This document shows, one piece after another, positions 1 to 26,900 of a stretch of 64,000 bases of DNA. The position numbers were made by a program, and so were the translations under genes. Position 1 is the stretch's first letter. Each line of letters starts with the position of its first letter. Source of the stretch: Tubiluchus corallicola. Taxonomy: Eukaryota; Animalia; Priapulida. The stretch is from positions 147,053 to 211,052 of the forward strand of contig JAQGDQ010000199.1 in assembly GCA_030141605.1 (NCBI GenBank), read 5' to 3'. The notes below the pieces were generated by a model. That model did no database searches and was not told where the DNA came from. It saw nothing but the letters and a program-made list of their open reading frames with translations.

Positions 1-1156
1 TTGTCTCAATTTATACCAGCAAATTCTGAGGAAACTCAACAGGCGACGTTTCATTGCTGACGCTAGCGACACCTTTGGTCTATAAATATAATTAATTTTT
101 ACATACTGCCCATTTTTTTCAACTTTTTTCAAAATTTTCAAAGTTACCCCTCAGCAGAGCTTAGCCAACTATCATTTCTCTTTGTCAGATACTTAATTAC
201 CTCCCCTTTCACTTGTATGTAAAAATGACTCTAAATTAGTGTAGCTGCAGCAAGTATGATTAGATCCAGCAAGCAGAGGGTGGTTTATGTACAATTACGG
301 AAGGGAAGGCAGGCAAAAGTGCGGAAAGTGGTGCTTATTATTGTTTACGTTTACGACTCGGGGGTGTAACTCTCTCTATCACATTACAGTTTTGTTTAGA
401 CTAAAATCATTAAACCAGTTACCCTCTTGTTTACAACCATGATGCAACCCAGCTGGTGGTGACTGGTCAGTTTCACCACTGGTCAACAAGCAAGAGTCCA
501 TACCAGCTGTCCAACTATTCGGGATAACAGCCAAGTGTAATAGAATTGCAAAGTGTACAGCAGGAGTCAGAAATTTGAAAAACAGTATTGTATACACAAG
601 CGTATGCAATTTGTACACAATGGAGCTTACAGTTTATGTTTCAAAGTTCACATTTTGAAATTTAAAATAATTAAAGGGGAAGAAAAGGGCATTTTAAAAT
701 ATGTCCCAAAAATTTTCCATACAAAGTTATATTACTTAGCATTAATATGCTTATTTGATTTAAAGGTTTATATAACTAGAAAAACGAATTCTTAAGAATT
801 AATAATTTAAAATGCTTGCACCAACCGGTGAACCATCTCTGGCTCACCTTCCCAGTGTGCACCACTGACTCACATTTTATTCACATTATAAAGTAATTTA
901 CACGTTTCCTTAGATAACGAAGAGTGTGCTGCGAATGCCTTGATTGTTTTTCGAACTGTACGTAACGTTATCTAAACTTATTTCAAGCAACTTAGCGCTA
1001 AAATGGCTGTGCTTAATGGTCATTGTGGAAGTTTAAATTTACTACAAGTTTTAAACAGTGTTGCTGCTAACACAAGCTCTGTATACAATAAAACATTTCG
1101 TTCGTGACACAGAATTTCAAGGCGAACTTTTCACATTTCATTATGAACGCATTTAC

Positions 1157-1752
1157 AACTAACGGGCACTCATTAGAGTTGCAGACCAATGTCCCCACAT
1201 GAAATTACAAGAGCAAAAATTATTTTGACTAACCGGCTTTTAGCTGCTAAGTGACATTATATTTTAGCTTGCTAAAGTAGATTTAATAAATATGAATGTC
1301 AGTCTACTTAATTTTGTTTTTGTCCTAGTAACCTTGATGCTTTGAACCAAAAAGCAAAGGGTTTTTAGACCTTTCTCACACCTATTTCTCTCTGACCAGT
1401 TAATTATATTCATGTATAAACATGTTTGTAGACTGATCACACATTACATTACAGTACAAGTTTTGTGATTATTTTCTCATCACACAGTACATTACAGTAC
1501 AAGTTTTGTGATTATTTTCTCATCACACAGTACATTACGGTACAAGTTTGGTGATTATTTTCTCGTCACACATTACATTACAGTACAAGTTTGGTGATTA
1601 TTTTCTCATAACACATTACATTACAGTACAAGTTTGATGGGTATAGTTTCATCCATTTTGACTTTATTGTGCAAACAGACAGACAGACGGACACACTCAC
1701 ATGTGACTGATTTCCCTACCTTCACGCTGATTACCAATATGTTCGGGAACAA
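1157..1752 (+). mobile_element. Probable non-autonomous Helentron-associated (HINE/DINE-like) element with internal ~45-bp tandem repeat
   Basis: Internal array CACATTACAGTACAAGTTTTGTGATTATTTTCTCATCA x~4.5 (1437-1637), followed by (CAGA)n and a short 3' segment; this layout is typical of HINEs. Confidence 0.45.
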
Positions 1753-1944
1753 TGTACTAGCTGCTAAATTTTGAGGATGTAAATTTTAAAATTCTGATTT
1801 AATAAAATGCCATTCAAGAAAAAACAAATCACTAAATCATTATTATATCCACACAGGGTTCCAATTCACTACAAAATTATTATATCTCTAAATTTTACAT
1901 GATTAGTAACTTATAATTGACTATTTCCTAATTCTCCTCTATTG

Positions 1945-13395
<11,451 letters not shown>

Positions 13396-14996
13396 TATAA
13401 AGTATCGCAGCGTCTTTCACATGAAGCAACGTCTTATTAACATTTTCCTGTACATTCCAAAGTCATAAAGTGATAGCACATGCACACAGCAGCTAACGAA
13501 AAACACAGCAGAAGAACGCAGACATGTTGTATGATATCATACATTCAATTCAAGCAGATCTTACAGCACATACTATCGGACACAAGAAGTGTGGTGATAA
13601 TTATCAATGTAACCACACATTTGTAACATTCGAACATTCATAATTATTCATGATGAAGTATTTGATTTAAATTTCTGTGATAACCTGATGAAACTTTAAT
13701 CACATTGCCACAGAAATTTAAACTATCCTTATGACCCTGGCATATTCATCTCTGATTTTTATTTTGGATTTATGAAGCGATTCTTGAATGCTAGAAAAAA
13801 GAACACTAATGATATTTAGTTCAATACCTTAACAATCCTAATAAGTGGCAAGAATTATAAGTCATTATTATCAACGCCACTGCTCATTTTAAAAATTACG
13901 ATTAAGCATACATGTGAACTTTTGGGCTATTTTATGACTTATGAGTGCACACTGCACAGGTTGTAATAATTAGACTGCTGAGCCCCTTGTGCCTATGGCA
14001 ACTCTTATTTTGTTCCAGTATGTAATAATGTTAGAATGAGAAAACTAACACTCAGTTAGTGCCATTTATTTGAGTTATTTTTGCTAAGTATTTATATTAT
14101 TGTCATCAGGTCTTGTTTAAATGTGCTTACAGGTTGGTATGTGAGCTTGTGAAGCACAAATGCCTCATACAGCTTACAGCTTTTTCAACAAGTGGAGCAG
14201 CACCATGACTTGTTTCCAGTGCTATTATGATAAAGCGCCATTATCATTATATTTATTTTGCATTTCCTGTCCATTTCCTGTTCAGTCATGTATAGCGAGC
14301 AAGCTTAGGCTGCCATGATACCCAGAATAATTTATCGGAGATTTATACAAGTAAATTGACTCCAGTTTTTTAAACATTTTGAGAAAGACCGAAATCTCAG
14401 ACACTGACATTATGCCATCTTGCACCAGTTCCTTGGTATGTGAGACTAAAACTAAAACTGAGAGTTTTTCAAAAAAGTAAAACAATTTGCATAATAATTA
14501 ATAAAAAGCAGAGCTCCAAAATGAATTAGGTATAGTTGTTGCACAGAAATGTACACAAATATTGCATTATAAGTTTAGTCTTCGATACTGTTTAGTAGTA
14601 GTGTTTGTTCTATAATAAAACATAAAATTATTGTGCTATGTTATAGTGCAATCATTTACTGTGCTATAATTGTAGTGAAATGTATCTTAACATTATGTCA
14701 CATTTACAGTGCTGTATCAGATCGTTGTCTTTCGTTACAGCAATGCTATTCAAAATTATATATTATTTGATTTTACACGAGTTGTTGTTATGATCCATGC
14801 TATGGCGTTGGCAAACCGTCATTAATTCAATCAATGCTTAAAAAGGGCTACCGAAGCATTGAAGATTTCTTCTTTCGCTTTCCACCACGTGAATTTTGTA
14901 AAAAGTGCTAGTAAACGAAATAACGATTAAGTAAAAGAATAACGACTGTTTCATTAGTATGTAATCAATACTGTGATAGATTTTCACTAAACGAAA

Positions 14997-17900
14997 ATGT
15001 CCACTAAACACAAATTGCTTGTACATTCAGCAAAAGAGGTAATCCAGGTTGTATCAGATAATGAAATGGTGTTACCAGGAAAGTTGATGCGTCGAATTTC
15101 AGTATTAAAATCTGATGAAAATCGTGGTATTGCTGATGGATATAGTGTCGTCGTAGACAGGTAATATAATAAGTGTATGCCTGGACCTATTCCTGCTTGT
15201 TAATGTAAATGAACGGAGGCAGTTGCAGTTATACCAGGTGGTTTTGGGCAATTGCGTCGATTGCATTTACAACAAAAACAAGGAAACTGATGAACAGTGT
15301 GTGATAATCCTCGAGAATCACCTAAAATGTATCATCTGCACCCAAGAAACTTTAGGATTCATCACATTTACTATTTTCATTTGTTATTTTCTAAATCTGT
15401 AAATGTAATGCCAAAAAGAATTTGTAGATGTACTGATCCCAAAATTGGCCTTGTTATTTCTGTGGTCTACCTGTAATTAAAATTTTATTCACTTACTTTG
15501 TCAAGAAAATTTTGCTTAATGCAATGCAATTTTTTCGTCATGATGTGCTTCTGTTTGTTTACAGTGTCATTGCTATGTGCATGTGCACTGTGCAAGTATG
15601 TGCTTGTTTGCTGGTTTTGTGTGCATATTGTAAAGCTTGTTGTTACTTACTGAATCTTACATTTTATCCAAAATCAGCCTATTGCTTTTGTAAACCAGTG
15701 TTTGCAATTAGACCAGTACAGGTCGGTCTCAACATCTCACCGGGATTACACTTTCTTAAACGTCTCGGTCTTGGTATTCTATCTCCTCGAGAACGTAGGC
15801 AAATTTACAAAATTTACTTTTTATTGTCATTTCACAAGTTGTTGTCTGCTTCGTAATTGTAATAAACTGTAATTAGTATTTTTCCAAAACTGTTTTGTTG
15901 AATGTTTGTTTTAGTTGTTGTTTCAGCTATTATATTTAATTGCAGCAATGGACTTATTGCTGATATTGGTACTGATGATGACATTAAGAGAAGTTTTGCT
16001 CGTACGGAATTTCAACATACCATTGATGCAAGTGGGAAGTGTATATTTCCTGGTTAGTTGATAAGGCCATATATATTTTCATACATACAATACTACGGCC
16101 AAATCACGTTGAAAACACCGGTTCACGTCTGATCACTGAAGATAAGCAACATAGACCCTGGTTAGTACTTGGATGGGTGATCGCCTAGGAATACCAGGTG
16201 CTGTAGGTTTGCGGGATGCCCACACTGTATCTCGACACTAGGCAGAGGAGCTGCCAACGGCTAGAGGGCGGAGGAGGTCAAGTGACCCAATGGCCATGTG
16301 TAGGGGAGTAAACCTTCCAAATCAGGAGTGGAGCCCCGAAGGCAGACCAGTGCAGCATGCACACTGACTCCGGCAGCTCCTGCAGCCAACCTGGCGCCAA
16401 ACATATCGCTCTTTGTATGGAACTTTGTATGGAACTTTGTATGGAACTTTGAAATTCTTTTCCTACCAATTTAAACCTTTAGTACCAAAAATCTACTGTT
16501 GCATCCAAACCTACAATCCCAGCATGCATCAGTAACTACTGCAGAATAATAATGATTATTAAGCTTACTGATAAATTAGTGTAATCTATTTTGTGCTATA
16601 TCAATGATTTCAAATATTTTCTAACAGTTTTCACCTACCCATACTTTTTCAAAACATAGATGTATTAACCGGAATTGCTTTCGTCTTTAATAGATAGCTA
16701 ATTATTAATGCAGGAGTTTAAATTTTCAAGCTTTCAAAGTGCTAGTCACTTACAGTAAGATTACATTTACGCAATGTAAAATTTCGTTTTTTAATGAAAA
16801 GTTTTGTCTTGCTCTGCAACACTCATTTTGCTTTGTCGCTTTGATTAGTGAATGAACAATTTGGTTTGTTTTCCATAGGTCTCATTGATTCCCATACACA
16901 TCCCGTGTGGGCAGGTGATCGTGTACACGAGTTTAAAATGAAGGTAATCTTTTACTAGTCAAACTAAATTTCTTTTTGGATTTGAATTTTTTTAGATCCA
17001 TTTTTAGTCATTCAGATAGAGCGTTTGACAACATTTGACAATTTTTCTGCTCCTTTTCACATTTTTACTCTGGACGTTCCTTGACGTATGACAGCTGCTT
17101 TCCCTAATCACTTGTTATAACAAGAATGTCCACAGGTACCTCTATCATTGCAAAAATTTTTTTTTAAGCCTTATTCATATTTTAGTATTGCTTATTAATC
17201 CAATTTTTCCCTAGGGCTGCTTATCTGAGGAGTTCTTTACTTGAAAATTTTCCCTCTACTACAACTTCATCTAGCTTCATCTTTTTCTTATAGCTTCCTT
17301 CCTTGAGTGGTCATCGGTCTTGTTTATGACGATTTGTACAAAGAATTTTGTTTTCAATAATTCTGCTGCACGGCACACATTGAGCCAACTCAGAACTGCA
17401 AGGAAAGTAGTATGATTGCTTTGTTTTTAGCTAGCTGGAGCGAGTTACATGGAAATCCACGCCGCCGGTGGTGGAATCGGATTCACTGTTGAGCACACTC
17501 GGCGAGCCACTGAAGCGGAACTCTACGAAAGCTTGTGTGAACGATTATGGCGAATGATAAAGTGTGGTGAGCTTGAGCGCAGTTTTTATATACAAAATAA
17601 ATGTTTTTTGTTTATGAAATATATTTGTTCAAGCAAAAGTTTACCTTAAACACCAGGTAAATTACAGGGAATAAAATTCTCCTGTCTTAAGCAGGTGAAT
17701 TTTAAACTATGTCACAAAAAATTCTCTATGTGGTTATATCCGTTAGCACTACACTTCCCCCCGTTTGAAAGACTTATGTAATTGGGAAAGACAAGAAGAG
17801 AAATGATAAAATGTCACTAACTCACTCTCCCACCCTGCACAAAAAATGCCATTGTTTCACAAAAACAAATATTAATCTTCTTTGTGGTAATTTTTATGAA

Positions 17901-20669
17901 TAAGTTTTTTTACTTTCTCGGCGAGCTGCAACATACAAGGATACTTGAGCTCTACCCTCAAAATTCTTAAATTCATTTTCAACAATTTAATGCTTAGTGG
18001 CACTTTCAAACTAGTGATTTTTCTGTCGTAAGTTTTCTCTCTGACAACAAACTTGCAAGTGTGAACTGTTCAAATTGCAGATTTTCCGGTAGTCTGTAGC
18101 TGCGAGTTGATTTACTGTCTAGTGTGAATGTCTCGGCAAATCACTCTCGACACATCGCGCAACGAAAAAAGAGTCGATTGTCAGCTCATGCTTACAGTCG
18201 GAGGGTAACTTGCAGACAAGAAGTTTTGCTGTCTAGTCTGAGTACGCTTACAAGTTACTTGGCAAGAAAACTCACTAGTTTCGTCCCACCGTAATTGCAG
18301 TTAGTTGAAATTAACAATCAAAGTTGTATGAACACATTTCAGGAACGACGTTAGTGGAATGTAAGAGCGGGTATGGCTTAGATGCTGAAACGGAGGTGAA
18401 ACTATTGCGCGTGATCGAAAGTGCAAAGCGGACGGTGCCCATCGGAATCTCTAGTACATTTTGTGGTGCTCATTCGGTTCCTCGGTATTACTGCATAGAT
18501 AATTAATTTGTGTTTTAGTTAGCTAATAACTAGTGTTATGAGAAACTGTTAAAAACTATACATGCAATGATGCTAAAAAGGCACCGCAATATACAGTCAA
18601 CCCTCGTTAAATCGGACTAATTGGGGGGGGGGGGGGTCTGGTTTAGCCGATTGTCCGATTTATCCGATATGCCTATATATGGTCTATATTATACAGGAAT
18701 AATCACCTTAATAAGGCCTATATACATTGCACTATATACTGTGCACTGTATACTGTACTGTATATTACTTTAAAATAGTTAACCTGTGAGGATAAAGAAA
18801 TTATTGTACAGTTGGTAGGCCGTGTTGTGTTTAGCGCTCGGGCTCGGACGGAAATCGGTCAGTTTCCTTTACCACGGATGACGTCCGCCTTATTGGATAT
18901 CCGGGCTAACGGGGTCCGGTTTAACGAGGGTCGACTGTACACATTAACTAGAAAAGAAAAACAAAACTATGCATGTCATCCCTAATGATTATTATGAACC
19001 ACTAGCTGATTCCATCGTACCTAAATTTTATTACAGGCCTTTGCACTTTCATAAGCTATCAAATTTGCAGAAAACGTTTTTTCAACATTGTTCTTTACAC
19101 TAAAATGTCCATTATTCCTAATTGCAGTTGTGTGCAGATCATGCCTAATATCTTGATAAGTTCATACTCGGTTAACACATGCAACTCAGACTCAATACTG
19201 TTACTCTTACAAAACAAGCACAGTCTCTGGTCTTCGAGTAAGCCTTTGACATATGTACAAGACGTGGTGACGGAGTTCATTGTTATCATTTTAGGGGTAA
19301 AACTGCCGACCAAGCCACTGATGATGTCATCAACGTACAGTTGCCTCAGGTCAAACAATTGATGGATGATGACGAAATCCATGTAGATAATATTGACGTG
19401 TTCTGTGAAAAGGTTTGCTTAATTTTATCTAATGAAATAGTGTTTCAGTACTTCTCTTCTGTGGTATTTTTATCACTGTTTTAATAGAAAATACTCTCTG
19501 ATTGACTCTTGGTTTGCTCTGAGTATTTGTTTTGATGTTGCAGATCTCACATTTTTACTCTGGACATACATATGTGTGTATATATAAGTTGTCGCTTATT
19601 GTACCGAGTACGCGATTGTGGTATTATGTGATCCATTTAATTGTCAGTCTACTACACTACAGTACTGATTTAGTCTATGCTGCCATCTACAGTCTTTGTT
19701 TTACTCTAATTGTACAAAGTTTGTCAGAGATTGATTTTTGTTTCTAAATATTGTTTTCTTTTGCTTTTATAGATAGTCATTAATCAGAGTAATTTAGGTT
19801 GTTAATTTCATGCTTTAATTCTTGTTATAACTCTCTTATTCAAGTTTAGATAGAGAAAAATTATAACATGATAACACAGCTTTCTGTAATCCAATAATCT
19901 TTATTTTGTTATCAAAGAAGCCAAGTAGACTTTGATTTTGGTTTAACTAGTAGTCTGTAGAGTATAGGTGACCTTTCCATTTATGGTCTGTATGCATGAA
20001 TTTAATGTACCTTCCAATAGAAACTTGTATGTCTGGTCATGTGATTAGAGCTTTATTCTCTCAGGCATGCAAGTTTCAGTTGATCAAAAGACAGCAATGT
20101 TAAAGGTTATGTTTTGAGTGCTAGGTTTTCTCAATAAGTTGTTTGTTGCTTTTATGCCACTGTGTGTGTAGAGAATTTTTATGGCAATGAAACAAGTTAT
20201 ACAGTTATTCTACATTCCACCGGTCATCTGTGAACATTGTATACGTTTTACAATAAAAATGATTGCAAATTTCTACATAAGTGAGGCTGGTCGATAGACC
20301 AAACTCAAAACTGAATTGGAACACAGAATATGAATTTCACTTTAGTATGCAATGCAATGATTATTGTCAAGAAAGGAATGTGTTCTTAAGCCAAATATCA
20401 GGTAGTTTCCCAGAATTCCCACCCACGTGTGATATCGAAGAGGTGGGAATAAATTCTGCTAAGAATTAATGTACTCAACCAGCACTATGACATGTAGACG
20501 TGTTTGTTAACTTTTGTATTTTCTTTTCTTTTTATCAACTACGCTTAAAAAGAGCCCTGTATTTGTACGATGTGTGTTACTGTATACGTTGTTTATTTAA
20601 GTGTGATTTGTTAACTGTACTTGTGTTTGTGTTTCTGTTTATGAAATAGAAATAAAGTGTTTGTTATTA

Positions 20670-20746
<77 letters not shown>

Positions 20747-20880
20747 GGTGTGTGCGTGTGTGATATACACACACACACACACATATATATATACACATAC
20801 ACACTTACACATATGTAATATATATATATATACACAAACGCGCACACACACACACACACATATATTAATATATATATGTG

Positions 20881-20917
<37 letters not shown>

Positions 20918-23900
20918 TTATATATATCTATGTGATATATTATATGTATATATGTCCATCGGACTTGCTAATTGTGGAATCCTTTACTGTTGCTTGTCAT
21001 ATCTTTTACTCTGAACATTACTAGTTGCTGAACAACTATTTAAAAATCTAGTCTTTTTGACTTCAGCCTCTTAATTGTAGAATTATTTACAAAAAAATGT
21101 TTACTTGATAGCCAAAATATCACTTACTTCACAAAGAGCATTCATTATATGAATTCTGTCATTAGGAAATTAGTTAAATTCATATTTTTCTATACTATCT
21201 GTATTGAAAATTTCCGCTTTTCTGAAGTAAAACAGTAAAAAGTCTGTGTGACGTGTGTGACGTAACTCCGTATTTGAAAAGTTCAATGTTGTGTAAGGGA
21301 AGTTGACTAAATTACCTGACAAATAGCACGATTAACAACCAAAGTCGACCAGCGCCGAATCTGGTCTGTAAATGAATGGGTGACTGCTGTAGTAGTGATA
21401 TAACAGAAACGGTTGTACTGGACCTACCTAGATGCAAGAAACTTTCTTGTACTAGCATTTTTTTCTTGACATCTTACCTGTGGAATTCTCTACCTGAAAA
21501 TTGAAAATTCAACCTTATAGGAAGAACATCTTCAACTGATACCTTCTGTCACTATCAAATTAGTAAATATGAAGTCTATTTTTTCTAGAATGTATTACAT
21601 GTGCTCGCAGAATGTAACTGTACTAACAGATCAATGTGTTAGACATTATTGTCTCAGGGTCTGGGGATTCGCCGGTGCATTTCGACATCTGATCATAGCT
21701 GAAATGTTGTACATTTCTTTTCACCTGTATTTCACGATGCACCTCCCCTTAATAATCGCAGTAAGCCTTTTCACAATTTCATTGTGCGCATGCGCAGGTG
21801 CTGTAGGTCAAAGGTAAAGCATACCGCAGCAACGCGACTCAACTTCAACCGCCACTTGATGTGTATGTAAAGCAAAGCCGTCTGTCGCATCAGTTCGGCA
21901 ACTAGAATGTGTTTTACTGAATAATGGTGCACTTTGCATTCTTATGCTGCCATGAGTTTTTACAGGGTGTTTTCAACGTGGAGCAAAGCAGGCGGATACT
22001 TGAAGCAGGAAAAGCTGCCGGATTACAGCTGAATTTCCACGGAGAGGAGATGAACCAGCTAAATTCTGCTGAGGTTAGTTTAACAGTCCCGCATTGGTTC
22101 TTTGTAAGAGAAGGTGCAGTTTGTCGTTTGTCCATTTGTTTTTTCGGAAAGTTTTAGAAAATTTTAGAAAAACAGGATGATTGATCATATCCTACTCGAT
22201 TTTCAAGTATGGTATAAAGTATGCAATTGTTAAAACACCTATAACAGTGCCTATGTGAAAAGCTTGCTACCAATAGCAGCCAGTCAGAAAATCAATAATA
22301 GCAGCCAGTCAGAAAATCAATAATCTACTAAGAGCAACGTTCTACCAAAAGCAGCCAAACAAGAAAATCAATAATCTACTAAGAGCAACTTTCTACCAAT
22401 AGCAGCCAGTCAGAAAATCAATAATCTACTAACAGCAACTTTCTACCAATAGCAGCCAAACAAGAAAATCAATAATCTACTAAGAGCAATTTTCTACCAA
22501 TAGTAGCCAATCAGAAAATCAATAATCTACTGAGAGCAATTTTCTACCAATAGCAGCCAAACAAGAAAATCAATAATCTACTAAGAGCAACTTTCTACCA
22601 ATAGCAGCCAGTCAGAAAATCAATAATCTACTAAGAGCAACTTTCTACCAATAGCAGCCAATCAGAAAATCAATAATCTACTAAGAGCAACTTTCTACCA
22701 ATAGCAGCCAAACAAGAAAATCAATAATCTACTAAGAGCAACTTTCTACCAGTAGCAGCCAAACAAGAAAATCAATAATCTACTAAGAGCAACTTTCTAC
22801 CAGTAGCAGCCAATCAGAAAATCAATAACCTACTAACAGCAACTTTCTACCAAAAGCAGCCAAACAAGAAAATCAATAATCTACTAAGAGCAACTTTCTA
22901 CCAAAAGCAGCCAAACAAGAAAATCAATAATCTACTAAGAGCAACTTTAACTTTCGGACTAGTGAGTTTTCACACTAGACAGTTTGACGGATGACAGGGA
23001 GTGGCCTGTTTGATAATTTAGTTCCTTACTGTCATCCATGGCACACCGTGATAGGCACAACCTTTCTATTGATCATGGCTATATAATTTTACTGTTTGCA
23101 TCTACTCATGTATAAAATGTATACATTCATTTTTCTGCCTAATTAATAACAAATAAATAAATCAACTCATAGCAACCGCAGGAGAATTTGCAACTTCTAG
23201 CTGGCAGTAACTCACAAAGCATTCACCCTATGCTCTCAGAGAGAAAACTTGCTAGTCTGAACGGCACCGTAAGACACTAAAACGTTTTCTGCAATTTGTA
23301 ATTTTTTTTTAACTTCCTGATGCTTAATTTTTAGATGGGTGCAGAGCTCGGTGCCCATGCTATTAGTCATTTAGAAGAGATAAGTGATGCTGGTATACAA
23401 GCTATGGCAAAATCGGGAACGGTAGCCGTCGTTTTGCCAACCACTGCACACATACTCCACCTGAAACCGCCACCTGTCAGGTAACAAGCCTCTATTTTTA
23501 GCATATTACAACCCTAAAATGCTTTCCTTGCCACCTAAACTATCAACCTAAAACAATGGCTATAATTAAAATTACAAAATTTAATTTGTTTATAAATACA
23601 ACAGTGCAGGCTGTAAACTTTCTTTTGGGGAACTTAGATTTAATACTGCTATATTTTTTGCAAACTGGTGAACATGGTTAGGGGAGTAGTAACTTTGTGT
23701 GCTTAGCCACCAAAGCTAAGCAATGCTAAACTTAGACGGTGAATGGACGGGCGACTGCTTTGTTCAGTACTCACGCAGTTTTGGTCTGTGTGTCCTAGGG
23801 TAATAAACTCATTGAAGGAGCATGTGTGCACATTCATACATAGCTAAAATACCTTTGCCAGTTTTATGTCTCGTCTTAGAGAATCGTCATTCGTGAAATG

Positions 23901-26900
23901 GTTTCCCATCTTGCCACAAACATCTACTATGATCAAGCCCTGCCAACAAATGCTAAATTTCAGCTTGTAAAGTGTGAAATTGTTAGTAAAAGAAAGATTA
24001 TAGACGGAATAATTGAATTTATAATAAAAAATAATAAAAAAGACTTGTGATTTACTAATAAGTAAATATTTTAAAACCCATTGTGGACTGTCTCGTGTTT
24101 TATGTTCATTCGCCGGTTGCAGGTTCATCATCATCATCTTAGGTGCTTCCATTCTGCATCATAGCACTACTCACAAATTGATGCCATGTTTTCCGATCTG
24201 CTACCACACACCAAATATTCACGTCATTTAGCCCAAGTGGAGTTATTTAATAAATCTTTCTACAGAACATCTAAATATGTGATCAACTGTCCTCCTTTTG
24301 GTAATAATGCCTGATGTAATGCTGTAATAAGTGGAGAATCCTGTGGTAGTCTGGTGACATGTCCAATCCAGCTGTCCTCCTCTTGGTCTCCTCCCAGGTA
24401 TTAGTGCTTGATGTAATGCTGTAATAAGTGGAGAATCCTGTGGTAATGTGGTGACATGTCCAATCCTTCTAAGCTGACTATTTTGTATGACCTCACTCCA
24501 TTCCTCCTTTGTTAAATCATATAGATGCTGATTTGTTCTTTGTTAAATCATATAGACCCTGATTTGTTCTTTGTTAAATCATATAGATCCCGATTTGTTC
24601 TTTGTTAAATCATATAGATCCTGATTTGTTCTTTGTTAAATCATATAGATCCTGATTTCTTCTTTGTTAAATCATATAGATCCTGATTTGTTCTTTGTTA
24701 AATCATATAGATCCTGATGTCTTCTTTGTTAAATCGTATAGATCCTGATTTGTTCTTTGTTAAATCATATAGATCCTTCATTTGTTCTTTGTTAAATCAT
24801 ATAGATCCTGATTTGTTCTTTGTTAAATCATATAGATCCCAATTTGTTCTTTGTTAAATTGTATAGATCCTGATTTGTTCTTTGTTAAATCGTATAGATC
24901 CTGATTTGTTCTTTGTTAAATCGTATAGATCCTGATTTGTTCTTTGTTAAATCGTATAGATCCTGATTTGTTCTTTGTTAAATCGTATAGATCCTGATTT
25001 GTTTTTTGTTAAATCATATAGATCCCGATTTGTTCTTTTTTTTAAATCATATAGATCCTGATGTCTTCTTTGTTAAATCGTATAGATCCTGATTTGTTCT
25101 TTGTTAAATCATATAGATCCTGATTTGTTCTTTGTTAAATCATATAGATCCTGATTTGTTCTTTGTTAAAACACATAGATCTTGGTTTGTTCTTTGTTAA
25201 ATCATATAGATCTTGATTTGTTCTCTGTTAAATCATATAGATCTTGATTTGTTCTCTGTTAAATCATATAGATCCTGATTTGAATTTTTGTTTGGCCATT
25301 TTGTACCCAGCATCTTTCTGTACAGACGTCATTGATTTCATTCTTCTGGGCAACTCTAACTGTCCACAATTCAGAATTAACAAGAATAGAGATTCTACAC
25401 GTGATGACAAAATATGCAGTTTTGTCACTATGGTAAGATTCGGATTTTCAAAAATGTTTGTCAGCTTGGACTAACCAGCCAAAGGTAATATTTTTCTGTG
25501 TGGTATGTCAGTTTCAGTGGGTAGTAAACTACCAAGGTATTCGCAATTCTTCCAAGACATCCCCTGAAATTTCCACATTTCTGTGTATCATGTATTGCAT
25601 TGTATTGTAGTGTCATGTATTGTGTACTGTTCTGTTTTGGTGTCATTTGTCTTTAGATAAAGTTTCTTACATGGCTGGTTGCATCTTGTTTTGCAGCCTA
25701 AATTTCACTTATGCTAGTTGCTTCTTTAGTGTAAACAGTACCAATATATAACACTCTTCAAATTGCAGTTTTTGAACAACCCAAGCAAAACACAGAAACA
25801 TACCTTTGCAATGACCAATATTGCTACTATTGCAGAAACTTTAATGACTATTACTGAAGTAAATAAATAAATAAATAATAAATTAACTTATGTAAACATA
25901 TAAAGTATTTAATAAATTGTTTGAAATATAGTAAACCAACTACTGTTAATGCGACGAGAGCAGTTTTTATAGGTATTAATCAAAGAACCATTACACTGTT
26001 TTATGTGAAGACGCTTTTTTTATAGCGAATTATTTCTTCCTTAAATCATGAGAATGAGATGGCTCTTGAAACTACTGATCGATCAAGACCAATAGGTCTT
26101 GATGAATCTGAGGTTCTCCAGATTTATGCTTGTGTGTCTCTTATTCCTTCATTCTGTAATATAAGAACATTTTTTCTCCGAATATAAGATTTTTCATAGT
26201 AGTTTCGTACACACTACCTGTCTTTTATCAAGTAAAATAGATTTTAAGTAATTGGCATCACAATATTTGCATGCTTGCATAGCAAAATCATCCATAAATC
26301 TGTATTAAACTTTTCTAGTTATTGACATATCTCGCATCTCCATTTCATGAGGATCATTTTGATACTAAACTCATTGCCCTTTGTTATTTCAAAGCTGAGA
26401 TAATGTTGAAGTTTAGCTGCACGCTCCGCACTGAAAAACATAACCTTGAGAAAATCACTGTTAAAGTTAGCTGTTGTCTTCTTTGAGTCCAATATATTTA
26501 TCGTTTATTTTTATAAAGAAACAAAAAAATTGGCATTTCATCAAATGTTTGAAGCATCATAACATAGTTTTAACTATGCCAACTTTGGTTTTTGGTTTGC
26601 AAGCACACATTTTGTGATAAGACATCAACATACTGTCTACAAAACGATGAAATATTTGGGTACCATAATGATTATGTTTCAGGCAGATGATAAATGCTGG
26701 TGTGGCCGTTGCTCTGGGCACTGATTTCAATCCTAATGCTTTCTGCTTATCCATGGTAAGTTTGTTTTTCAAAAAATCAATACATTTTTACGCTTACCGA
26801 CCTTTGACCTATAAAGCCAAACCTGGACCCAATCAGAACTGTGTCAAAACAACCTACTCTTTAAAATATTGAATACTATTTTTTAAAAATAAATGGCAGT

